From the NCBI GenBank assembly GCA_963814375.1, contig CAWFCQ010000008.1:288001-352000 (forward strand): a DNA stretch of 64,000 nt, written 5' to 3'. The DNA comes from an uncultured Chloroflexia bacterium (GTDB lineage: Bacteria > Chloroflexota > Limnocylindria > QHBO01). Position 1 is the first letter of the stretch. Each line of letters begins with the position of its first letter. The notes below the pieces were generated by a model. It did not search any database and was not told the DNA's origin. It worked only from the letters and a program-made list of their open reading frames with translations. Shown piece after piece: positions 55,018-64,000 of this stretch. The translations under genes were made by a program, and so were the position numbers.

Positions 55018-56028
55018 ATGAGCTACGCCGTCACGCTCATCCCCGGCGACGGCATCGGCCCGGAGCTGGCCGACGCCGCGAAGACCGTGCTCGAGGCAAC
55101 CGGGATCGGGTTCGACTGGGATCTCCAGCAGGCCGGTGAGGCCACGATCGCCAGCGAGGGCACTCCGCTGCCGGACCGCGTGATCGAGTCCATTCGCGCC
55201 AGCGGCGTCGCCATCAAGGGACCGATCACGACGCCGGTCGGCTCCGGGTTCCGATCGGTCAATGTCGGCCTGCGGCAGGCCCTCGAGCTGTACGCCAACG
55301 TCCGGCCGGCAAGGACGATGGCGGGGGTCGAGTCGCGCTACACCGACGTGGACCTCGTCATCGTGCGCGAGAACACCGAGGACCTGTACGCCGGAATCGA
55401 GCACCGCGTCGGCCCCGATGCCGCAGAGAGCATCAAGATCATCACCCGCGCCGCGTCGCAGCGCATCGCGCGCTACGCGTTCGAGTACGCGGTGAAGAAT
55501 GGGCGGCGCAAGGTCACCGCCGTTCACAAGGCGAACATCATGAAGCTGTCCGACGGGCTGTTCCTCGAGTCGGCCCAGCAGGTGGCGGCCGAGTACGCGG
55601 GGCGGGTCGAGTTCGAGGACCGCATCGTCGACAACATGTGCATGCAGCTGGTCCAGAAGCCCGAGCTGTACGACGTGCTCGTCCTGCCCAACCTGTATGG
55701 CGACATCGTGAGTGACCTCGCGGCGGGACTGGTCGGCGGACTCGGCGTCGCGCCGGGCGCCAACATTGGCGAGAAAGCAGCCGTCTTCGAGCCGGTCCAT
55801 GGCTCGGCGCCGAAGTACGCCGGGCAGAACAAGGCCAACCCGACCGCCCTCATCCTCTCGGGCGCCCTCATGCTCCGCCACATGGGCGAGACCGACGCCG
55901 CCGATGCCGTCGAATCGGCCGTGCGCGAGGTGATCGCCGAAGGAACGACGGTGACCTACGACCTTGGTGGGACCGCAGGCACGCGCGAGTTCGGCGAGGC
56001 CGTGGCGGCACGGCTCCGCCGGACCTGA
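55018..56028 (+). CDS. icd: Isocitrate dehydrogenase (NAD-type; isocitrate/isopropylmalate family)
   Basis: [50 protein letters not shown]; TCA gene context. Confidence 0.88.
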   Translation: MSYAVTLIPGDGIGPELADAAKTVLEATGIGFDWDLQQAGEATIASEGTPLPDRVIESIRASGVAIKGPITTPVGSGFRSVNVGLRQALELYANVRPARTMAGVESRYTDVDLVIVRENTEDLYAGIEHRVGPDAAESIKIITRAASQRIARYAFEYAVKNGRRKVTAVHKANIMKLSDGLFLESAQQVAAEYAGRVEFEDRIVDNMCMQLVQKPELYDVLVLPNLYGDIVSDLAAGLVGGLGVAPGANIGEKAAVFEPVHGSAPKYAGQNKANPTALILSGALMLRHMGETDAADAVESAVREVIAEGTTVTYDLGGTAGTREFGEAVAARLRRT

Positions 56029-56158
56029 CGCGGAGCCCGGATCGCTTCGTCCCGAAGGGTTCCCCGGCGGGTTCCACCGCGCCGCCTCGGCTAGAATCGG
56101 GATGCCGCTACATCCGCATCGCCCGTTCGGCGGTGCCCGGTCGAGGGAGTGCGCTGGG

Positions 56159-56530
56159 TTGATCAACCTGTTCGGCTACCGCGTCTCGTGGGCGCAGCTG
56201 GCGTGGTTCGGCCATCGGGCCAGCGGGCTGGGGGTCCTCTTCTACCTCTTCCTGCACATCGTCGAGACCTCCACCGTCCTCTTCGGGCCGGAGGTCTACA
56301 ACGCCGCGGTCGGGATCTTCAAGAACCTGCCGGCGCGCCTGGGCGAGGTGCTGCTGATGGCGGCGCTGGTCTATCACGCGCTCAACGGGCTGCGCGTCAT
56401 CGCGATGGACTTCTGGCCGGGCCTGACGGTCTACTACCGGCCGCTGACGTACGGGGTGATCGGCGCGACCGTCGTCGCCATGGTGCCGCTCTCGCTCGTC
56501 ATGCTCCGCCCCTTCTCACCATGGGCCTGA
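56159..56530 (+). CDS. sdhC: Succinate dehydrogenase cytochrome b subunit
   Basis: HRASG, LHI, YHALNGLRV; TTG after GAGGGAG (alternative ATG at 56102). Confidence 0.9.
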   Translation: MINLFGYRVSWAQLAWFGHRASGLGVLFYLFLHIVETSTVLFGPEVYNAAVGIFKNLPARLGEVLLMAALVYHALNGLRVIAMDFWPGLTVYYRPLTYGVIGATVVAMVPLSLVMLRPFSPWA

Positions 56531-56534
56531 GCCG

Positions 56535-56984
56535 ATGACCACCGACGTCCGCCGTCCGCGCACGATCTACACGAACCCATCTCGGGCCGCGCGACCCCGC
56601 CCCGAGGCATCGGGGCGCGAGCGCTTCTGGTGGTATTTCATGCGCATCAGCGGCCTCCTGCTCGTGCTGCTGGCGCTCGGCCACATGTTCATCATGCATG
56701 TGCTCGTGGAGCTCACCGGTGCCGAGATCAACTTCGCCTTCGTCCAGAGCCGATGGGGGAGCCCCTTCTGGCGGATCTACGACCTGCTCCTGCTCCTCCT
56801 CGCCTTCATCCACGGGGCGAACGGCGCGCGGGTCGTCATCGGTGACTACGTGGCCCATCGCCGAGCGCGCAACGTGATCGTCGGCGCGCTGCTCGTGCTC
56901 AGCGCGGTCTGGCTCCTGCTCGGGATGGCGGTGATCGCCTTCTTCGACCCGGCCACCGCACCGCCCGTCGGGCCCTTCTCATGA
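56535..56984 (+). CDS. sdhD: Succinate dehydrogenase membrane anchor
   Basis: WYFMRISG, GHMF, HGANGARVVIGDY. Confidence 0.9.
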   Translation: MTTDVRRPRTIYTNPSRAARPRPEASGRERFWWYFMRISGLLLVLLALGHMFIMHVLVELTGAEINFAFVQSRWGSPFWRIYDLLLLLLAFIHGANGARVVIGDYVAHRRARNVIVGALLVLSAVWLLLGMAVIAFFDPATAPPVGPFS

Positions 56985-58771
56985 CCCTCGTCACCATCGG
57001 CCGGCCGGCGATCCCGCCACAGCGCGTGCACCAGATGGATGCCGTCGTCGTCGGCGCGGGCGGCGCGGGCCTGTACGCCGCGCTCGAGCTGAAGAAGGAG
57101 CTCGGGCCCGAGGCCCGCATCGGCGTCATCAGCAAGCTCTACCCCTCGCGCTCGCACACCGGAGCCGCCCAGGGCGGGGTGTGCGCCGCACTCGGCAACA
57201 CCGAGGAGGACCACTGGGAGTGGCACTGGTTCGACACGGTCAAGGGCGGCGACTACCTCGTCGACCAGGACGCGGCCGAGGTGATGTGCCGGGACGCCGT
57301 CGACACGATCATCAACCTCGAGCACCTCGGGCTTCCCTTCGACCGCACTCCCGAGGGGCTCATCAACCAGCGCCGATTCGGCGGCCACACCCGCAACTAC
57401 GGCGAGGGGCCGGTGCGTCGCTCCTGCTTCGCCGCCGACCGGACCGGCCACGCCATCCTCCAGACCCTCTTCCAGCAGTGCATCCGCCACGACGTCACCT
57501 TCTTCGACGAGTACCAGGTGCTCGACATCGCCCTTCCCGACGGGGCGGACGGGCCGGTCTCCGGGGTCATCGCCCTCCAGACGGCGACCTCCGAGCTCCA
57601 CGCCTTCCGGGCACGGGCCGTCCTCTTCGCCACCGGCGGCTACGGCAAGGTCTTCAAGGTCACCTCGAACGCGCACACCCTGACCGGCGACGGCATGGCG
57701 ATCCCGTATCGGCGCGGGCTGCCGCTCGAGGACATGGAGTTCTTCCAGTTCCACCCGACCGGGATGTACAAGCTGGGCTTCCTCCTCTCCGAGGCGATGC
57801 GCGGCGAGGGCGGCTTCCTCGTCAACGACGCCGGCGAGAGGTTCATGGAGCGCTACGCCCCCACGATGAAGGACCTCGCCAGCCGCGACGTGGTCAGCCG
57901 AAGCATCTACCTCGAGATCGCCGAGGGGAGGGGCATCGGCGGCAAGGACTATGTCCACCTCGACGTTCGGCATCTCGGGGCCGAGGTGCTCGACAAGAAG
58001 CTGCCGGACATGAGCGGCTTCATCCGCACCTACTTCGGGCTCGAGCCGCTGACCGACCTCGTGCCGATCCAGCCGACGGCGCACTACGCCATGGGCGGCG
58101 TCCCCACCGACATCGACGGCCGCGTCCTGGCCGATGCAGGCGGCACCGTCGTGCCGGGCTTCTACGCCGCCGGGGAGGTCGCCTGCGTCAGCGTCCACGG
58201 CGCGAACCGGCTCGGTACGAACTCGCTGCTCGACATCCTCGTCTTCGGCCGCCGGGCAGGGCGTCAGATGGCCGCCGACCTGGCGGAGCTGCCGGCGCCG
58301 GTGCCCGATGCCGAGGCGGAGGCATCGGTCCAGTCACTCGTCTCCGGGCTGCTGGCCGGGAGCGACGGCGAGCGGCCGGCCGTCCTGCGCACTGAGCTCC
58401 AGGAGGTGATGTTCACGAAGTGCGGCGTGTACCGCACCGAGGAGCTGCTCACCGATGCGCGGCGGACCGTCGCCGAGCTACAGGATCGGGCGACGCACCT
58501 GCGCATCGACGACAGGGGCTGCCGCTACAACACCGATCTGGCCGATGCGCTCGAGCTCGGCTTCCTGCTCGACTGCGCGGAGGCAACCGTCGCCTCCGCG
58601 CTCGCGCGACGCGAGTCCCGGGGCGGCCACGCGCGCGAGGACTTCCCCGAGCGCGATGACAAGGGATGGCTGAAGCACACCTTTGCGACACGATCGGCAA
58701 GCGACGAGATCTCGATGACGTACAAGCCGGTGACGATCACGAAGTTCGAGCCGAAGGCGCGGGTGTACTGA
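56981..58771 (+). CDS. sdhA: Succinate dehydrogenase flavoprotein
   Basis: GAGGAG, RSHTGAAQGG, QFHPTG, HYAMGG, HGANRLGTNSL, ESRGGH. Confidence 0.98.
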   Translation: MTLVTIGRPAIPPQRVHQMDAVVVGAGGAGLYAALELKKELGPEARIGVISKLYPSRSHTGAAQGGVCAALGNTEEDHWEWHWFDTVKGGDYLVDQDAAEVMCRDAVDTIINLEHLGLPFDRTPEGLINQRRFGGHTRNYGEGPVRRSCFAADRTGHAILQTLFQQCIRHDVTFFDEYQVLDIALPDGADGPVSGVIALQTATSELHAFRARAVLFATGGYGKVFKVTSNAHTLTGDGMAIPYRRGLPLEDMEFFQFHPTGMYKLGFLLSEAMRGEGGFLVNDAGERFMERYAPTMKDLASRDVVSRSIYLEIAEGRGIGGKDYVHLDVRHLGAEVLDKKLPDMSGFIRTYFGLEPLTDLVPIQPTAHYAMGGVPTDIDGRVLADAGGTVVPGFYAAGEVACVSVHGANRLGTNSLLDILVFGRRAGRQMAADLAELPAPVPDAEAEASVQSLVSGLLAGSDGERPAVLRTELQEVMFTKCGVYRTEELLTDARRTVAELQDRATHLRIDDRGCRYNTDLADALELGFLLDCAEATVASALARRESRGGHAREDFPERDDKGWLKHTFATRSASDEISMTYKPVTITKFEPKARVY

Positions 58772-58772
58772 G

Positions 58773-59295
58773 ATGGGCACCTCGAACCGGACCGCGCTCG
58801 CCTCTGGCTTGCCATCGGTCGGTGCCGTGAAGGCGCCCACCGGCTACGGCTTTCCCTCGACCGAGGACAGCTTCCTGCCGTGGGCGGACGTCGAGGCAAT
58901 GCTCGAGCGAGCGCGGACCTACTGGCTCGGGACCGTATCGCCGGACGGAACGCCGTACGCCACGCCGCTGTGGGCGGGTGGATCGACGGCGCGATCTACT
59001 TCGACGGATGCCGATCACGCGCTGGGCACGCAACCTGGCGGCGAACCCGAGAATCGAGATGCACGTCGAGGTGGACGGCTCGGTCGTCATGGTCAGCGGG
59101 CGGGCGGAGGACCTCGAGACGGACGAGGAGCTCGGCGCGCGCATCGTCGAGGCGTGGATGACCAAGTACGGCCGTGGCGCCCCCGAGCCGGTGCGCCAGG
59201 GCCTCTTCAGGCTCCGACCCAGCGTGGTCCGGGCGTGGAGCGAGACCCTGCACGACGGCGCCCGATGGACGTTCCCGGTGGCGGACGACCGATGA
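58773..59295 (+). CDS. Pyridoxamine 5'-phosphate oxidase-like (split-barrel flavin/F420-binding) protein; two frameshifts near 58975 and 59010
   Basis: LPWADVEAML..YWLGTVSPDGTP..PLW / WIDGAIYF / RWARNLAANPR..VMVSG..KYG across three frames. Confidence 0.75.
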
Positions 59296-59999
59296 AGGTC
59301 CAGCTGCGGATCAGGCGCTACAACCCCGAGGCGGACAGCGAGCCGCACTGGGAGGAGTACGCCGTCGAGGCCGAGCCGACCGACCGCGTCCTCGACCTTC
59401 TCCACGAGGTGAAGTGGTACCAGGACGGCACGCTTACCTTCCGGCGCTCGTGCGCCCACGGCGTGTGCGGGTCGGACGCGATGCTCATCAACGGGCGCAA
59501 CCGGCTGGCGTGCGAGTACCTCGTGCGCGACGCCGGGCCGCGCATCACGGTCGAGGCGATCCGGGGCCTGCCGCTGGTGAAGGACCTCCTGGTCGACATG
59601 GAGCCGTTCTGGGAGTCGTACCGCAGCGTCAAGCCGTTTCTCGTCAACGACCAGGTGCCGGCCGATGGGAAGGAGCGCCGCCAGTCGCCGGAGGACCGCG
59701 ACCGCTACGAGGACACGAGCCGCTGCATCCTGTGCGCCGCGTGCACCACCAGCTGCCCGGTCTTCTGGGCCGACGGGGCGTATGTCGGTCCGGCCGCGAT
59801 CGTGAACGCGCACCGCTTCATCGTCGACTCTCGCGACCAGGCCGCGCAGGAGCGGCTCGAGATCATGGCCGATCCCGACGGCGTGTGGCGCTGCCGCACG
59901 ACCTTCAACTGCGTAGAGGCCTGCCCGCGCGACATCAAGATCACGCGCGCCATCCTCGAGGTCACAACGGAGATCGGCCGGGCGGGCGTGCGCTCGTGA
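59292..59999 (+). CDS. sdhB: Succinate dehydrogenase iron-sulfur subunit
   Basis: RRSCAHGVCGSD, CILCAACTTSCP, CRTTFNCVEACP. Confidence 0.97.
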   Translation: MKVQLRIRRYNPEADSEPHWEEYAVEAEPTDRVLDLLHEVKWYQDGTLTFRRSCAHGVCGSDAMLINGRNRLACEYLVRDAGPRITVEAIRGLPLVKDLLVDMEPFWESYRSVKPFLVNDQVPADGKERRQSPEDRDRYEDTSRCILCAACTTSCPVFWADGAYVGPAAIVNAHRFIVDSRDQAAQERLEIMADPDGVWRCRTTFNCVEACPRDIKITRAILEVTTEIGRAGVRS

Positions 60000-60012
60000 C
60001 GATCGGTCATCG

Positions 60013-60462
60013 TTGCACGCGCTGGTGACACAGGACACGGCCGCCCTGCCCCGACCCCTCCGGCTCCTCATCTACACCGATGGTGCTGCGCGCGGCAATC
60101 CCGGACCCGCCGGCGCCGGCGCCATCCTGCGGGACTCGGCCGACGGGACGGTCGTGGCGGAGATAGCCGAGCCCCTCGGACGCGCCACGAACAACGTCGC
60201 CGAGTGGACGGCGGTGCGGCTCGCGCTGGAGGAGGCACTGCGGCTGGGCGCGACGCACGTCGATCTGCGGATGGATTCAGAGCTCGTCGCCCGGCAGATC
60301 AGCGGCATCTATCGCGTGAAGCACCCGGATCTCAAGCCGATTCACGCGGCGGCGATGTCGTTGCTCCGCACATTCGAGGGATACACGGTCGGTCACGTAC
60401 CGCGAGCGCTGAACAAGGACGCCGACCGCCTCAGCAACGTCGCAATCGACGGGCCGGAATGA
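60013..60462 (+). CDS. rnhA: Ribonuclease HI
   Basis: YTDGAARGNPGPAGAG, TNNVAE, DSELV, HVPRALNKDADRL. Confidence 0.93.
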   Translation: MHALVTQDTAALPRPLRLLIYTDGAARGNPGPAGAGAILRDSADGTVVAEIAEPLGRATNNVAEWTAVRLALEEALRLGATHVDLRMDSELVARQISGIYRVKHPDLKPIHAAAMSLLRTFEGYTVGHVPRALNKDADRLSNVAIDGPE

Positions 60463-60474
60463 CCGGGCGGCTCA

Positions 60475-60500
60475 GAACATGTGTTCGAATCGGCTACAAT
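60475..60500 (+). promoter_or_regulatory. rnpB promoter -10 (TACAAT) with adjacent LexA-type box GAACATGTGTTC
   Basis: GAAC-N4-GTTC at 60475-60486; TACAAT at 60495-60500. Confidence 0.6.
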
Positions 60501-60510
60501 GCCGGTCCCT

Positions 60511-60830
60511 GGAGGCGGCTGGACGGCCGCGGGCGCATCGGTCGAAAGGCCGCGTCCGAGGAAAGTCCGAGCTCCATAGAGCAGGTCAGCGGGTAACGCC
60601 CGTCCGCCGTGAGGCGAGGACCAGCGCCACAGTGACGATGTCTCCGGTTCGCCGGAGGAGTGAAACGCGGCAAGCTCTGGCCGGAGCAAGACCGAATAGG
60701 GGAGCGCAAGGCGGCTTCGGCCGCAGCAGGCGGCTCGCTCAGCTCCCGGGTAGGTCGCACCAGATGGATGGCCGTCCACGGACCGATGCGAATCGGCCTC
60801 GTGACAGAACTCGGCTTACAGGCCGCCTCC
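60511..60830 (+). ncRNA. rnpB: RNase P RNA
   Basis: GAGGAAAGTCCGAGCTC, AGCGCCACAG, GTGAAAC, GGAGCAAG, ACAGAACTCGGCTTAC; P1 GGAGGCGGC/GCCGCCTCC. Confidence 0.97.
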
Positions 60831-60835
60831 AGGGA

Positions 60836-61072
60836 TCAGTCCTCGTCCTCCCGCCACACCGATCGTGCGGTGCAGGCGTTGCAGACGGGCCGCGCCTCGT
60901 CCATGGTGCCGAGCGGCAGTGGGTGCTCGGCGCCGGCCAGAAGGCAGTCGACCTGGACGCCGGGCGGGGACCCCGGCAGGATCGTCACGAAGCGCACCGA
61001 GCAGCGGCGGATGCGACCGGATCGCGCGATCGGTCGGCGCTCGTCGTTCCCCTCGATCGGGTTCAGCGCCAT
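60836..61072 (-). CDS. Small Cys-containing hypothetical protein (possible Zn binder)
   Basis: 78 aa, SD GAGG, C...C...CNAC. Confidence 0.55.
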   Translation of the reverse strand: MALNPIEGNDERRPIARSGRIRRCSVRFVTILPGSPPGVQVDCLLAGAEHPLPLGTMDEARPVCNACTARSVWREDED

Positions 61073-61260
61073 GGCGGTCGCCTCGGGATTCCTGGGTGCC
61101 TCGATGCTGCTCGCGGCAGCCTAGCGACCTGAGCGCTCGGCCAGCAATGGCGCGTTCGTACCATGCGGCACGCCCTGCCGGCGCGTCGCGACCACGGTTC
61201 GGAGAGCGCTAGACTCATGCGTCCGCGGGACCCGCGGAGCCTGGGAGGACCACAGGGGTC

Positions 61261-62115
61261 GTGTTCGGACGGCGCAAGCGCGAGGAGGCGGCTGCCGAGG
61301 CAGTCCGCGAGGCCGAACGTCACGCCCTGTTCGCGAGGCTCGCCGAGCGACCCGAGCACATCTGCCCGTTCCTCGGGCTGGCCGCGGAGCGAACCGGGTA
61401 CGTCGAGGGCGTCAGCGACGAGCACCGCTGCTACGCGTTCGGTGATCCGACCTCGCTCTCCGCCGAGCAGCAGACCCGGGTCTGCCAGGAACGTGGCTAT
61501 GGCAACTGCCCGCGCTACCTCCGCGGCGTTCTCGTCATCCCGACGGAGGAGCTCGAGGCGCTGCGCCGCCCGCACGCCCCGCTGCCGGTGCCGGTCGCTC
61601 CACCGCCATCGCCTCCCGACGCCGAGCGACGACGCGGCGGTGCGCCGATCCTGCTGCTGCTCGCCGCGCTCCTGCTGCTGGTGGGCGGCGTCGGCGCGTT
61701 CCTCGTCTTCGGTGACGGCTTCGGCGTCGCCGTGGCCTCGCCATCTCCATCGCCTCGATCGCCGCCGATGTCGGCTCGACGCCGAGCTCACCGTCCGGGC
61801 TCAGCCTCGCCGGCCACTCCCGACGTCCGACGCCATTCGTCGATGCCGTCGCACCGGCTCCCACTCCCGTGCCCGGCTCAACGCAGATCGGCCATCTCGT
61901 GGTCTCGTCACGGCCGGAACCTATCCGACGATCCGCATGAACGAGGACGGCACTCCTGGCGAGGAGAGCAGGACTGATCTTCGACCGACGTCTCGGGCGC
62001 CCTGGTCGAGCCCGTCGAGATCGACGGGACGACCTACTGGGTGACCCTCGCCGGTGACTACACCGGCATGGCCTATGTCGCCGGGCTCTCCGGGGACTTC
62101 CAGATCTTCGAGTGA
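61261..62115 (+). CDS. Membrane-anchored protein with N-terminal Cys/His cluster; C-terminus frameshifted
   Basis: CPFLG..HRCY..Q..C..NCPRY, Pro-rich linker, TM; C-terminal VEIDGTTYWVTLAGDYTG..FQIFE* in another frame. Confidence 0.65.
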
Positions 62116-62283
62116 TGGGTGTCGCCCGAAGGGGACGCTCGAATTCGTCCGCGTCCCCGACGACGAGCGCTGATCTCGCCTCGCGGCTGACGCCGCGCCC
62201 TGACCCGCCTTCCGGCTTCGCCCCGCCGCGCCGTGCTGCGGCGAGACTCAGCGCCGCCCCTCAATCCACATGCGCAAAACCCC

Positions 62284-62356
62284 TTGACGGGTGGTGTTTG
62301 GCCTGTATAGTGGCGCCCGGTGGTTCCAAATGGGGCCAAATGGGGAAGAGTGGTGA
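62284..62356 (+). promoter_or_regulatory. dcw promoter with MraZ-binding repeats
   Basis: TTGACG-N16-TATAGT; TGG repeats at 62311, 62321, 62331, 62341, 62351 (10-bp period). Confidence 0.8.
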
Positions 62357-62368
62357 ACGGCAGGTCCG

Positions 62369-62818
62369 ATGGAGCGAGCTTCATTCCTCACCGGGGAGTT
62401 CCGGCACGTGCTGGACGACCGAGGCCGAGTCGCGGTCCCGGTGCGGTTCCGCGCCCGGTTGGCCCAGGGAGCGACCCTGGCGCGCTGGCTCGATGGCTGC
62501 CTCGCGATCTTTCCCTCCGACACCTGGCAGGACCTGGCGACGCGTCTCCAGGCCCTGCCAACGACGAACGCGGCCGCGCGTCAGTTCGGCCGATTCATGA
62601 GCTCGGGCGCGGTCGAGGTGGAGCTCGACCGCCAGGGGCGGCTGCTCATCCCGAGCTATCTCCGCGAGTACGCCGGCATGACCGAGAGCGAGGTGGTCGT
62701 GGTCGGCGCGCTGAACCGGCTCGAGGTCTGGGCATCCACGCGGTGGCAGCCCTATCGGTCCGAGATCGAGGACGAGCCGGAGGCACTCGCCGAGCATCTA
62801 TCCGACCTGGGCATCTGA
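62369..62818 (+). CDS. mraZ: Transcriptional regulator MraZ
   Basis: GEFRHVLDDRGRVAVP, ELDRQGRLLIP, VVGALNRLEVW. Confidence 0.96.
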   Translation: MERASFLTGEFRHVLDDRGRVAVPVRFRARLAQGATLARWLDGCLAIFPSDTWQDLATRLQALPTTNAAARQFGRFMSSGAVEVELDRQGRLLIPSYLREYAGMTESEVVVVGALNRLEVWASTRWQPYRSEIEDEPEALAEHLSDLGI

Positions 62819-62887
62819 CAGTGCTCAGCCATTCATGCGTCTCCGGGCCGCTCGGCCCGTCGTCCGACAATCGAGGTGCAGCGCCAA

Positions 62888-63868
62888 ATGGGAGAAGGGC
62901 ACCTGCCGGTCCTGGTCGACGAGGTCGTTACCTCGCTGGCCGTGGGTCCCGGCAGCTCCATGGCGGATTGCACGGTCGGCGGCGGTGGGCACGCCGAGCG
63001 GCTCCTGGAGGCCGCGTCTCCGGGTGGCCGCCTGCTCGGCCTCGATGCCGATCGGGCGGCCATCTCGGAGGCGAATCGCGTCCTGGAACGCTTCGGGGGA
63101 CGAGCGGTCCTGCGACACGCGAACTTCGAGTCGATCTACGACGAGGCGACGGCGACCGGGTTCATTCCGCTCGACGCCGTCCTCTTCGACCTCGGGCTGA
63201 GCAGCTACCAGCTGGCCGATCCGCGCCGGGGATTCAGCTTCACGGCCGATGGGCCGCCGGACATGCGTTTCGATGAAGCGAGTGGTGTATCGGCCCTTGA
63301 GCTCATCGACAGCTCCACGGAGCGAGAGCTCGCCGGAATCCTCGCGACGTTTGGTGAGGAGCGCCGTGCTGGCCGCATCGCGAAGGCGATCGTGGCGGCG
63401 CGCGAGGAGGGCCGGCTCATGACCGCCGCCGAGCTCGCGGCGCTGGTTGCCAGCGTTGCACCGGCAAGGCGCGGCAGCGCGGACGCGGGTCGCATCCATC
63501 CGGCGACCCGCACCTTCCAGGCACTGCGGATCGCGGTGAACCGGGAGGTCGAGGTGCTGACCGCGGGCATGGCCGGTGCCATGGCCGCGCTGCGTCCCGG
63601 CGGCCGGATGGCCGTCATCAGCTACCACAGCATCGAGGACCGGATCGTCAAGCGCTTCGTGGCGCGAGAGAGTCGGGACTGCATCGAGGATCCGCTGCCG
63701 CCGGTCTGTACCTGCGGCCACCGCGCGCAGCTCCGCGCGGTCACCAAGGGCGTTGTCACCGCCAGCCCCAGCGAGGTTCGGCGGAATCGCCGCGCACGCA
63801 GCGCAAAGCTGCGAGTCGCCGAGAAGCTCGCCTCGGACGCGAGCAGCACGAGGAGGGTCACCGAATGA
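62888..63868 (+). CDS. rsmH: 16S rRNA m4C1402 methyltransferase
   Basis: HLPVL, DCTVGGGGHA, DLGLSSYQL, HPATRTFQALRIAVN, ISYHSIEDRIVK, RSAKLR. Confidence 0.97.
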   Translation: MGEGHLPVLVDEVVTSLAVGPGSSMADCTVGGGGHAERLLEAASPGGRLLGLDADRAAISEANRVLERFGGRAVLRHANFESIYDEATATGFIPLDAVLFDLGLSSYQLADPRRGFSFTADGPPDMRFDEASGVSALELIDSSTERELAGILATFGEERRAGRIAKAIVAAREEGRLMTAAELAALVASVAPARRGSADAGRIHPATRTFQALRIAVNREVEVLTAGMAGAMAALRPGGRMAVISYHSIEDRIVKRFVARESRDCIEDPLPPVCTCGHRAQLRAVTKGVVTASPSEVRRNRRARSAKLRVAEKLASDASSTRRVTE

Positions 63869-64000
63869 GCAAGGGGCGGCCACGCCACCAGGCCAGCCGG
63901 CGCCGCATGTACTCGGCCCGGCAGCGCGATCTCCGCGAGCGCCGCACGCACGCGGCCAGAGAGACCGACTACTGGCTCAGCGACGAGATTGCCGCCTTCG
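63865..64000 (+). CDS. 5' part of the gene after rsmH (positionally FtsL-like), truncated by window
   Basis: ATGA overlap with the rsmH stop; basic N-terminus; identity from synteny only. Confidence 0.45.
   Translation, partial: MSKGRPRHQASRRRMYSARQRDLRERRTHAARETDYWLSDEIAAF

Noticed and set aside
58773-59999. 408-aa PPOX-SdhB fusion in the ORF track
   Set aside because: The middle part is out-of-frame text; sdhB has its own ATG at 59292 overlapping the PPOX stop.

Overview
High-GC bacterial chromosome segment made mostly of housekeeping genes. Gene content (alpha2-type GlyRS, cdaA-cdaR-glmM-glmS, GAAC-N4-GTTC box) suggests Chloroflexota, possibly Limnocylindria; this is inference. Order: end of the alpha/L13-S9 ribosomal operons; cdaA-cdaR-glmM-glmS-acpS-nnrD-alr; an 8-gene translationally coupled unknown operon (degenerate macrodomain, small soluble protein, four membrane proteins, GlmL/MutL-like actin-fold protein, barrel-sandwich/KOW-like protein); tsaE-tsaB-rimI-tsaD-rsmA-ispE-ridA-glmU; recO-glyQS...ppdK; an ECF sigma/ZAS anti-sigma pair; dnaG-rpoD; tRNA-Asn; parAB; tRNA-Ile2; acyl-CoA carboxylase/methylmalonyl-CoA genes; sucCD, icd, sdhCDAB; rnhA-rnpB; mraZ-rsmH. 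No CRISPR array, transposon or prophage is seen. About 8 genes carry apparent single-base frameshifts, most likely assembly indel errors. The best candidate for an undescribed system is the 10585-16944 operon. Other leads: a reduced RNase P RNA with a LexA-like box in its promoter, a structured intergenic RNA candidate at about 41487-41620, an unusual RpoD, and a possible ATC start for dnaG.
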